From a virus: a stretch of DNA of 11,436 bases. Location: the UHGV virus genome UHGV-0258155. One strand, given 5' to 3'. Position numbers and translations under genes: made by a program. The notes under the pieces were generated by a model that was given only the letters and a program-made list of their open reading frames with translations, searched no databases and was not told the DNA's origin. Of this stretch, positions 1 to 6,329 are shown piece by piece (the stretch's first letter is position 1; each line of letters opens with the position of its first letter).

Positions 1-2813
1 CGCCAGGCATCCAGCAGTTCGTCGGCAAATACGGCATCTGGTTTGACTGCCTTCACGGCCTGGATCATGTCTGCTTTGGTACCGTACACTTTCAGTGGTG
101 CCGGTTTCTGTGCTTCCTGAGCCACAAGGTCAGGGTTGATGATTGCCAACTGCTCCAGCAGCGCGTCACGGCTGCCGCTGGTTTTAACCGGCGGCGGCAG
201 GGTGGCGTTGTACTCTTTAATGCATGCCTTCATTGCCGTCGCCGTCTGCTTCTGGTCACCATCAATACGCTGGAAGTCAGCTGGCAGCGCCATATAGTTC
301 TGTGCCGTTTCTTCCAGGTTAGCGCCAAGCGGAACCTGCGGCGGCAGGGTGGCGTTGTACTCTTCCAGTAACACCTTGATGTCGTCGGCAGACAGCAGCG
401 CCGGCAGGCTGGCATTGTGCTCATCGATAAAGGCGCGCAGGGTCGCGGCCGTTGTGAATGCGCCTTCAGGGATCACCGGTTCAACGCTGAATTCTGCGTC
501 CAGTAGTTCAGGCTGCAACGCCAGCGCATGCACCAAGTTGCCCATGTCCAGCACCGCTGAGCGCTCTTTGACGATGGTTTTCTCTACGTGGCGCGCATTG
601 AAGTACATCAGCGAAACGCGCGCATCTTTCACCTGGGTTGAGCTGATGCCGTTGGCGGCGTGGTAAACCTCGTTTGGCAGCCCTTCATAGCGGCCTGGCT
701 CGAAATAAGCGGGATAAACAACAGCCGGTTCGTCAGATTGCGCTTCTGGCTCGGTTTGTGCTGCAACTGGTTCGGTTTGGCTTACAGAATCGCTATTTTT
801 GGCGACAGAATCCGTATTCTGGTTTACATCGTCCTTCTGGCTGGTATCTGACTCTTCACCAGACTCCAGACTGCTTTCGCCTGGCTGTACTTCATCACCA
901 GCTTGTTTTTCATCACTGACAGTTTCTTGAACCTGCACATTGCTGGTGGTCTCCGTAGCCTTTTTCGTGCCATGAGTTGCTGAGTTCTGCAGCAAAGCCG
1001 TAACGTCGAATATTCCGTTGCCGACATTTTTAACCAGTTCTTGTTCGACTTTCTGCGGTTGTGCTGCCGCTTCCTCTGCGCGGCGGCGTGCTCCTTCTTC
1101 ACGCACGCGTTGCAGGTTCTCTTCGTGAGTGCAGAAGGATTTGCGCGGAGACTCCTTACCTTCAGGTTGGGGAATTTCCTGTGCTGCGGGTTCAGCCTCA
1201 TGCAACGGCAATAACTCGACCGCGGAATTGAACGCGGCTGTCATGGTCTGGTTAACAAATTCCAGGTGAGCGACAGGAGTTAAATGAATATTTTCCGGTG
1301 CGATACGTACCAGGTTAAAAATAGCCGTGCGGTTAACACCCAGAACGCCTGGCTGATTGCGCAGGATGTTGCTCCATGATTTCCATGGTTCTTCTTTTTT
1401 GGTCACGATTTCTTTAGCGCGACGAAGAATGCTGCCCGGGATCTCGAAGTGGTTGAAGTCCATAGGCAGAAGGGCACACGCAATCTCTAAATCGAGAGTG
1501 TCCAGTGTGTGGTGTGCGTCAGGTCCACGGTCAGTGACGTAACCGCCGTCGGCATTAGTGCCGGAATCAGTACGCTGCACACTACTGATGCGATTACCGG
1601 CGGCCCATTCGCGAACGAGGATACCGCGGTCGATGTGATCTGTAGCGAACCACAATTTCAAAAACTGGATTAAGGTTGCGAGTTCAGGGATTTTTCCATC
1701 GACAGGGAAGACTTTCTTAACGGCATTCACGACTTTATGAATATCGTGCTCAATGGCTTTTTTGAATGCTTCCACATTCTCAGCTGCCAGCAGCAGGTTC
1801 TGGACGTACGCGTCATCGGTGTCCATCTCAAGGCGGACAATCTCATTTTTCTGCCCTGCGTCGATGTGATAGAGATATTCACCATCACCGATGAACTGAG
1901 CCAGTACGCGCTGGCGGAATGGCAGGGTGGCAACAACGATCAGGTTCGGTTGCTGTGTCTGCTGGGATTGCTCTTCGGTATCGACTTCACCATCAACGAC
2001 GCCACCTTCTGCCCGGCCGTTCTCGTCGGTCTGGATACCGTCCTCAACAGTGAGATCTTGACCCGTTGTAACGTCAGCAGCGTTGCTGGTTTCAGTTTTG
2101 AGCAACTGCAACTTACCACTGCGCCAGTCTTCTACCAGTTGATTGCGGTCACCGGCATCGGTGTTCACCCAGTCAGACATGAATGCAGCGATCAATCTTG
2201 GTTCGTGCTCTTCGTCGGGTGTGAAAATGTCCTTAACCGCCCGAATCATTTTCCACTCAGCATTCAGGCTGAGTTTGGCGGTCGCGGGCACATCGTTCCT
2301 TGCCACAAGCAGGCTATGGAGATATGTATTGCCTTCATCCAGTGACATTTCGCTGGCAGCCAACTGCTGCTCTTTAGTGACGTGGGTTTGGTATTTATCG
2401 TTCATCAGATGGACGGCAAAGCGGACCGCTGGAGTACGGTTTTCAACCGGGACAATTTCGGACGCAGTCGCATCTTCAACGATTACGGTCGGAGTAGGTG
2501 TGTAGGGGGCGTCAACGGAACCAGTAGACACACCAGCGGCTTTTGGCAGCCAGGTGCGCCCATCGTCCTGAAGCTCGTAGCGATCACACCAGGTAAAATC
2601 AACTTCACCTTCTTTCGGCAGGCCGTCGACAACTGGGAAATCAGTGCGAATCGGTTTGGCGTAGTCCTTACCCCGACCTGTTTCGATACCTGCATCTTCC
2701 AGCGCAACATCCAGCATCAGATTGGCGCGAGCCTCGGTTTTAGCAGTGAACCAGACCACTGCATCTTGCTTTCCGGATTTCTGAGTGGCTTTAACCACAT
2801 TAAAGAATTCCAT
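1..2813 (-). CDS. recE: RecE-type exodeoxyribonuclease VIII (Rac-prophage-like); start ATG at 2813, 3' end lies beyond window start (>=937 codons in window)
   Basis: Minus-strand frame is open from 2813 to position 1; ATG at 2813-2811 is preceded by GAGGAT (RBS) and an in-frame TGA. Hand translation gives MEFFNVVKATQKSGKQDAVVWF...PVVDGLPKEGEVDFTWCDRYELQDDGRTW...REWAAGNRISSVQRTDSG...YFEPGRYEGLPNEVYHAANGISSTQVKDA. From memory these parallel E. coli RecE segments ([56 protein letters not shown]). The ORF track lists no complete ORF in this frame because it runs off the edge. Confidence 0.85.
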   Translation of the reverse strand, partial: MEFFNVVKATQKSGKQDAVVWFTAKTEARANLMLDVALEDAGIETGRGKDYAKPIRTDFPVVDGLPKEGEVDFTWCDRYELQDDGRTWLPKAAGVSTGSVDAPYTPTPTVIVEDATASEIVPVENRTPAVRFAVHLMNDKYQTHVTKEQQLAASEMSLDEGNTYLHSLLVARNDVPATAKLSLNAEWKMIRAVKDIFTPDEEHEPRLIAAFMSDWVNTDAGDRNQLVEDWRSGKLQLLKTETSNAADVTTGQDLTVEDGIQTDENGRAEGGVVDGEVDTEEQSQQTQQPNLIVVATLPFRQRVLAQFIGDGEYLYHIDAGQKNEIVRLEMDTDDAYVQNLLLAAENVEAFKKAIEHDIHKVVNAVKKVFPVDGKIPELATLIQFLKLWFATDHIDRGILVREWAAGNRISSVQRTDSGTNADGGYVTDRGPDAHHTLDTLDLEIACALLPMDFNHFEIPGSILRRAKEIVTKKEEPWKSWSNILRNQPGVLGVNRTAIFNLVRIAPENIHLTPVAHLEFVNQTMTAAFNSAVELLPLHEAEPAAQEIPQPEGKESPRKSFCTHEENLQRVREEGARRRAEEAAAQPQKVEQELVKNVGNGIFDVTALLQNSATHGTKKATETTSNVQVQETVSDEKQAGDEVQPGESSLESGEESDTSQKDDVNQNTDSVAKNSDSVSQTEPVAAQTEPEAQSDEPAVVYPAYFEPGRYEGLPNEVYHAANGISSTQVKDARVSLMYFNARHVEKTIVKERSAVLDMGNLVHALALQPELLDAEFSVEPVIPEGAFTTAATLRAFIDEHNASLPALLSADDIKVLLEEYNATLPPQVPLGANLEETAQNYMALPADFQRIDGDQKQTATAMKACIKEYNATLPPPVKTSGSRDALLEQLAIINPDLVAQEAQKPAPLKVYGTKADMIQAVKAVKPDAVFADELLDAW
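191..364 (-). repeat. Pair of identical 27-bp direct repeats (191-217 and 338-364), 147 bp apart and in frame inside recE; each encodes EYNATLPP
   Basis: gcggcggcagggtggcgttgtactctt occurs at 191-217 and 338-364. Translation in the recE frame gives KEYNATLPPP and EEYNATLPPQ; a third degenerate copy DEHNASLPA lies upstream in the protein. Confidence 0.8.
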
Positions 2814-2931
2814 GTGAGATCCTCATTTTTGGGTGTTAGAATCCCCGGACCATTGATAGCGCCCATTGGGTTAACTTTGGTTTTAATGTTGTTTCCGGTG
2901 TAACTTTGGTCGGTGAGGCCGGACATGGCGG

Positions 2932-2947
2932 GCCCACTTCGGTGGGC
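2932..2947 (-). other. GC-rich hairpin (GCCCAC-TTCG-GTGGGC) in the intergenic region between the RacC-position ORF stop and the recE start
   Basis: Perfect 6-bp inverted repeat with a 4-nt loop read directly; no U-tract follows on the minus-strand transcript, so this is not a classical intrinsic terminator. Confidence 0.3.
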
Positions 2948-2953
2948 TTTCGC

Positions 2954-3241
2954 TTAACTGACGGCTACGATCGCCTCATTCATAAAATCTTGCTTGTATG
3001 TACGGTAGGTTCCCCAGCCGGCGTAATCGCTATCGCTGATTTTGAGTACCAGCAAGCTGATCTCCTCAATGGCGCAGTGCGGGCAATCAAACTTGCCAAG
3101 CACATAGCCACCGTCGAGAATGACTGTTGTTTCACCGTTTGTAGTTGAGTGAATAACGCCTGATACTTTCTTCTCGCAGTTGAATGCAGCCACTTCTTTA
3201 TTCACTGCTTTCAGGTTCATTTCGATTTTTACGATTTCCAT
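2954..3241 (-). CDS. Hypothetical 95-aa protein immediately upstream of recE (RacC position; identity not verified)
   Basis: ORF-track ORF with ATG at 3241 preceded by GGAG at about 6 nt spacing; co-oriented with the operon. Contains C..C and CPHC motifs. Confidence 0.5.
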   Translation of the reverse strand: MEIVKIEMNLKAVNKEVAAFNCEKKVSGVIHSTTNGETTVILDGGYVLGKFDCPHCAIEEISLLVLKISDSDYAGWGTYRTYKQDFMNEAIVAVS

Positions 3242-3326
3242 AAAATCTCCAGTTGTTAAATTAAGGGTGTAAGAAGCCGCGCCAAATTAATGGCGAATTT
3301 TTCATTTCATATTTCAGGACTGCTAT

Positions 3327-3485
3327 TTAACTTTCGTGCGCCATCTGGTCGTATTCAGCGCATTGCTTAGAGCAATATTCTTTTTCTTTCTGTGCCAGTT
3401 GCGAACCGTTGAGATAGAGCAAGGTGCTCTTTACTTCTGCGCCTTCTTCAACAGGCTTGTGGCAATAACCACATTCTTTTTTCAT
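3327..3485 (-). CDS. Small 52-aa Cys4 (CxxC...CxxxC) zinc-ribbon-like protein, YdaE-like by size, composition and position
   Basis: Hand-translated: MKKECGYCHKPVEEGAEVKSTLLYLNGSQLAQKEKEYCSKQCAEYDQMAHES, TAA stop at 3327-3329. AAGGACAGG RBS-like sequence lies just upstream of the ATG at 3485. Below the 60-aa cutoff of the ORF track. Confidence 0.5.
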   Translation of the reverse strand: MKKECGYCHKPVEEGAEVKSTLLYLNGSQLAQKEKEYCSKQCAEYDQMAHES

Positions 3486-3518
3486 CACCTGTCCTTAAAG
3501 TGTTTTGGCAACTCTCCG

Positions 3519-3725
3519 TTAATGGCTGAGGCCATTCCCCAGACCGTTCAGATAAACTTCAACCAGCAAATCCCTGGTGTAAGTCATCTCAACGCCGCGA
3601 TGCAGATACAAACGACCACGAGCATTAGCTGATGCCGTCCAGGTTGAATCCTTGTGTTTGACGAGCATCCCCGGCTGAACTGCGCCGCGGTTTACTGTCT
3701 GTGTACCGTAGTGCTGGTTTACCAT
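3519..3725 (-). CDS. Hypothetical 68-aa protein (occupies the kil position in Rac-like gene order; identity unverified)
   Basis: ORF-track ORF; ATG at 3725 preceded by AAGAGGAAA RBS; co-oriented with neighbours. Confidence 0.5.
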   Translation of the reverse strand: MVNQHYGTQTVNRGAVQPGMLVKHKDSTWTASANARGRLYLHRGVEMTYTRDLLVEVYLNGLGNGLSH

Positions 3726-3865
3726 GATTTCCTCTTGGCCTTATCGCGGCGAACGGAACGGTTAATACAAGACTTCAACGCATTTATTCAGTGTTTCAAT
3801 GGGCGGTGGATGGCCGCCGGTTGTCATAAATGGGCAGACTCGAAAATCTGCCTATGTATGGCCGA

Positions 3866-3886
3866 TAAAAAACCCGCCGGAGCGGG
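3866..3886 (-). terminator. Intrinsic terminator on the leftward transcript directly after the 80-aa gene stop
   Basis: Minus strand reads TAA-CCCGC-TCCG-GCGGG-TTTTTT: an all-GC 5-bp stem, 4-nt loop and T6 run beginning immediately after the stop codon at 3887-3889. Confidence 0.5.
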
Positions 3887-4129
3887 TTATTCACACTTTG
3901 CATGCCTGACCGGCTTTAATTTCCACTCAGTGGCCTTAAGCTCAATTTCCTTCCTGATTTCCTGATACGTTTTCACGGAGCCATCAGCGTTTTTATTGAA
4001 CGGATTGAGCGTTTGATAAAACTTTTCCCGTCGTTTGCAGGCTTTACCGCATACGTCACACTTCCCTGATTTCTCAGCAAAAGTTGAGATCTCATCGAAC
4101 CGAGTTGTTGTAATTCCACCCCATCCCAT
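3887..4129 (-). CDS. Hypothetical 80-aa Cys-containing protein
   Basis: ORF-track ORF; ATG at 4129 preceded by AGAGGGTAAGG; CDVCGKAC motif; followed by the terminator at 3866-3886. Confidence 0.5.
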   Translation of the reverse strand: MGWGGITTTRFDEISTFAEKSGKCDVCGKACKRREKFYQTLNPFNKNADGSVKTYQEIRKEIELKATEWKLKPVRHAKCE

Positions 4130-4145
4130 CGCCTTACCCTCTGTC

Positions 4146-4162
4146 GTTACCCGCTGATGCGG
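4146..4162 (-). repeat. 17-bp motif GTTACCCGCTGATGCGG (plus-strand reading), copy 1, exactly 16 nt upstream of the ATG at 4129
   Basis: Identical 17-mer also at 4368-4384, likewise 16 nt upstream of the ATG at 4351. Contains a small CCGC-N4-GCGG hairpin. Confidence 0.7.
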
Positions 4163-4351
4163 TTATGTCTCATCGACGCATGGAAGTGATTTCCAGTCGA
4201 TATCGTTTTTTGCCGAATCCCACAGGCCTTTCTTTTTGTACTTTTCTGAGCATGGAATGCAGATGTTGTAAGGCCTGCCAACCATGTTTACAGATATTCT
4301 CTGCATCTCTTCAGATGCCAGAAAGTACCCACAGAATTGACACTTGTGCAT
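4163..4351 (-). CDS. Hypothetical 62-aa zinc-ribbon-like protein (CxxC...CxxC)
   Basis: ORF-track ORF; ATG at 4351 preceded by GGAGAG; MHKCQFCG...ICIPCSEKY. Confidence 0.5.
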   Translation of the reverse strand: MHKCQFCGYFLASEEMQRISVNMVGRPYNICIPCSEKYKKKGLWDSAKNDIDWKSLPCVDET

Positions 4352-4367
4352 ACGTACTCTCCACTTA

Positions 4368-4384
4368 GTTACCCGCTGATGCGG
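4368..4384 (-). repeat. 17-bp motif GTTACCCGCTGATGCGG, copy 2, 16 nt upstream of the ATG at 4351
   Basis: Exact repeat of 4146-4162, read directly. Confidence 0.7.
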
Positions 4385-4408
4385 GAGAAATGCTTTATCT
4401 ATCAGCTT

Positions 4409-4621
4409 CTACAACTCATCACGAATCTGTGAGAGTGTGCTGATCGCCTGGTAATGACCGCGACGCTGCTCTTCTGTTTTGAACGCACGCATATCGTCTT
4501 TTATCGATGCGATTGCCTTATTCAGAACTTCCACTTGCGCTTCTTTAATCGCCTGTTTGCGTGGCTTCTGACGCTTCTTAGGAAGGTCTCTTAAACACGC
4601 CGGAATGTATGTCTGAGTCAT
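4409..4621 (-). CDS. Hypothetical 70-aa basic protein, first gene of the leftward early operon; speculative N-like antiterminator candidate
   Basis: ORF-track ORF; ATG at 4621 preceded by AAGAGGA. The N-proximal stretch LPKKRQKPRKQAIKEAQ is Arg/Lys-rich. It is the first gene downstream of the PL-like promoter after a ~290-nt leader. The functional assignment is positional inference only. Confidence 0.5.
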   Translation of the reverse strand: MTQTYIPACLRDLPKKRQKPRKQAIKEAQVEVLNKAIASIKDDMRAFKTEEQRRGHYQAISTLSQIRDEL

Positions 4622-4845
4622 AAAAAATCCTCTTGTGATTCAGCCCAGCCCACTCAACTTCGAATGGACTGGAATAAATCTGTTTGCGCTTCGCACCTCT
4701 CATCCCGCCAGTGTTGCCCGTTCCCACGCCTTTATCGCTCTCGCGATGGGGTAGCCTCACACCGACCGGATCGCGCCCGGTGCTGCGCCGAATTTGTACG
4801 TTGGGGTCTAAACAGGATTACTGAGTGCTGTTCCGACTTTGCATG

Positions 4846-4878
4846 TTGTTAAAAAGCAGGCGACTTGCTGTCCGCCGC
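4846..4878 (-). promoter_or_regulatory. Leader RNA element: bulged hairpin followed by TGC-TTTTT and a sequence close to the rrn-type boxA (TGCTTTTTAACAA versus remembered consensus TGCTCTTTAACAA)
   Basis: Minus strand reads GGCG(G)AC-AGCAA-GTCGCC TGCTTTTTAACAACA. Could be an attenuator/terminator, a nut-like antitermination site, or both. Not folded computationally. Confidence 0.3.
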
Positions 4879-4922
4879 TGGCTAACTTCGCTCAGCTGTC
4901 GATGTTTCGTTTCGATGGAGTA

Positions 4923-4951
4923 ATTAAACATCATGTGGATTTGTAGGTCAA
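4923..4951 (-). promoter_or_regulatory. PL-like leftward promoter: TTGACC (4951-4946) - 17 bp - TTTAAT (4928-4923)
   Basis: Near-consensus -35 and TAnnnT -10 with 17-bp spacer read on the minus strand; overlapped by TGTGGATTT operator-like repeats. Confidence 0.45.
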
Positions 4952-5010
4952 CACCTTGTGGATTTATTTTGTTGATTTAATCGTTTACTGTTGATTTTTA
5001 TGTTGATTTA
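4934..5010. promoter_or_regulatory. OL-like operator cluster: five TGTKGATTT repeats (4934, 4957, 4970, 4989, 5001)
   Basis: TGTGGATTT x2 and TGTTGATTT(A) x3 read directly. The same motif family recurs between the cI-like and cro-like genes at 7815-7880. Confidence 0.45.
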
Positions 5011-5036
5011 TTTTTTGGTGGCATAAGTGATATGCT
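5003..5036 (+). promoter_or_regulatory. Candidate rightward promoter for the 65-aa gene (extended -10 TGaTATGCT at 5028-5036), overlapping operator repeats
   Basis: TG-n-TATGCT read directly; the -35 is poorly defined (TTGATT at 5003-5008 is 22 bp away); strong RBS AGGAG at 5053-5057. Confidence 0.3.
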
Positions 5037-5063
5037 GAAAAAAACATCAAAAAGGAGTGGGTA

Positions 5064-5261
5064 ATGGACTTGGATGAAGAAAGAGTGAACATGATGGTTC
5101 ACGCCATGGGGCGGGCGGTCATGGAGTTGTCACTGGCAGATTTACCTATGACCCAGCAAAACATCATCGACAAGCTGGAACGGTACCGGAAGGAAACGGG
5201 AAACGTGATAGGTAAGGGTGTGAACAGGGATGCAGCTGAGATAGTGCGGAAAGGACAATAA
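5064..5261 (+). CDS. Hypothetical 65-aa protein, convergent with the NTase cassette
   Basis: ORF-track ORF; ATG at 5064 with AGGAG 6 nt upstream; TAA stop at 5259-5261 abuts the hairpin at 5266-5281. Confidence 0.5.
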   Translation: MDLDEERVNMMVHAMGRAVMELSLADLPMTQQNIIDKLERYRKETGNVIGKGVNRDAAEIVRKGQ

Positions 5262-5281
5262 AAAAGCCCGCACGGGCGGGC
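5260..5281 (-). terminator. Intrinsic terminator (GCCCGC-ACGG-GCGGGC plus T6 on the minus strand); possibly bidirectional but weak for the plus strand
   Basis: Perfect 6-bp GC stem at 5266-5271/5276-5281 with the A6 run at 5260-5265, which is a U6 tract on the minus transcript. On the plus strand the hairpin is followed by AGGTAGTGTT (poor U-tract). Confidence 0.5.
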
Positions 5282-5365
5282 AGGTAGTGTTGCGATAGTT
5301 ATTGTTATCAGCTTCAGGCTGGATAGTTATCGGCAGAATGGAGGATGGCTTTATGGGTGGGCAAT

Positions 5366-5389
5366 AAAAAACCCGGCGCGGTGGCCGGG
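5366..5389 (-). terminator. Intrinsic terminator of the two-gene cassette (CCCGGC-CACCGC-GCCGGG plus T6 on the minus strand)
   Basis: Hairpin begins 7 nt after the TAA stop (5397-5399) of the 310-aa gene; 6-bp GC stem followed by a U6 tract. Confidence 0.6.
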
Positions 5390-5396
5390 TGAGATA

Positions 5397-6329
5397 TTAA
5401 AGAACCGATTTAACAAGATGGTTTTTACGGTACAGACCTATGCGATCATTGTGAATCTCAGTAGTCTCCACTAAAAGAGAAACAATCTGTCCGACCTTGT
5501 GTTTTTTTTGTATTAAATCTAGCATTTCAATCGGATAGGAAGCCTTTAAATGTTCACCACCAACATCAAGCTCCAGCTTCCCATATTTGGATAGAACGAC
5601 CAGTTCGCCTGTAACCGTTTCAGTAATGGGAGGGGATGAAATGGTTGATGTAAGTCTACTCACCAAGTACTTAATTTTATTGGAGTCAATAGTTGCCACC
5701 TTGGTGCCATTACTAAATGGACCGGTCCAACTTGCATCAAATGTTAAGTTGTGTTTATCGCATTCCTCTACGATTCTCTTAAGGCTTACAGTGGAATTGT
5801 ATCCAATTTCAGCGACGTGATTCATGAAGTTGTTGTCGTCATCGCTTAACAACAAATCGAATATGCCTTTTACAGCCTTGCTGGGTACTGTTTCTACTAA
5901 TTCTGCTATTCCTGTAGAGAAGGTGACGCCCAATTTTGTAGACCCAGGGGATAAATCAGCCAGCCTGAGGTTTAAGGAGCTTTTCACGTCGTAGGGAACT
6001 TTTTTTGAGTCCTTGCCTGAGGCAATTTTGTGTGTTGCTCTTTGTATTAGCGCTGCAAGATTTGTTGAAATAGCCCCAAGCAGCTCTAAAGGAATAGAGC
6101 CAAAGTCAACCTCAGAGCCTTTCAGCCGCAGCTCAAAAAAATCGATAAGTGGGTGCCGACTATCTTGCTTTAATTTTTCGGCCTTCAAATCGCTCAGATG
6201 AGAATCCATGGAGCGATAAAGAAGCATGTCAGCAAAGGACCTGGTTTTGTTTTGCTTCATTGCATCGACTTCTTTTTGAATGAAATCAATGCGTTTATCG
6301 CAATTTTTAAACATTGATTTATCATTCAT
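5397..6329 (-). CDS. Hypothetical 310-aa protein, second gene of the cassette; no motif recognised
   Basis: ORF-track ORF; ATG at 6329 overlaps the TGA of the upstream gene (ATGA, 6326-6329), with GAGGA upstream; AT-rich codon usage (K/N/I/S rich); followed by an intrinsic terminator. Confidence 0.7.
   Translation of the reverse strand: MNDKSMFKNCDKRIDFIQKEVDAMKQNKTRSFADMLLYRSMDSHLSDLKAEKLKQDSRHPLIDFFELRLKGSEVDFGSIPLELLGAISTNLAALIQRATHKIASGKDSKKVPYDVKSSLNLRLADLSPGSTKLGVTFSTGIAELVETVPSKAVKGIFDLLLSDDDNNFMNHVAEIGYNSTVSLKRIVEECDKHNLTFDASWTGPFSNGTKVATIDSNKIKYLVSRLTSTISSPPITETVTGELVVLSKYGKLELDVGGEHLKASYPIEMLDLIQKKHKVGQIVSLLVETTEIHNDRIGLYRKNHLVKSVL

Noticed and set aside
349-2903. Plus-strand ORFs 349..666, 660..851, 674..919, 1737..2345, 2143..2505 and 2382..2903, and short minus ORFs 230..424, 824..1201, 1727..1936, 2483..2710 and 2717..2926
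   Set aside because: All lie antisense to, or out of frame within, the long uninterrupted recE-type reading frame (1..2813, minus), whose translation matches remembered RecE segments; they are shadow ORFs.
3290-3310. Plus-strand hairpin CGCCA-N6-TGGCG followed by a T5 run near 3279-3300 that could act as a plus-strand terminator
   Set aside because: No plus-strand gene ends here; the region is the minus-strand intergenic spacer between the YdaE-like and RacC-position genes, so a plus-strand terminator has no obvious role.
3336-3965. Plus-strand ORFs 3336..3632 and 3654..3965
   Set aside because: Antisense to a series of minus-strand small genes that each have a good RBS and consistent operon orientation; no RBS evidence for the plus ORFs.
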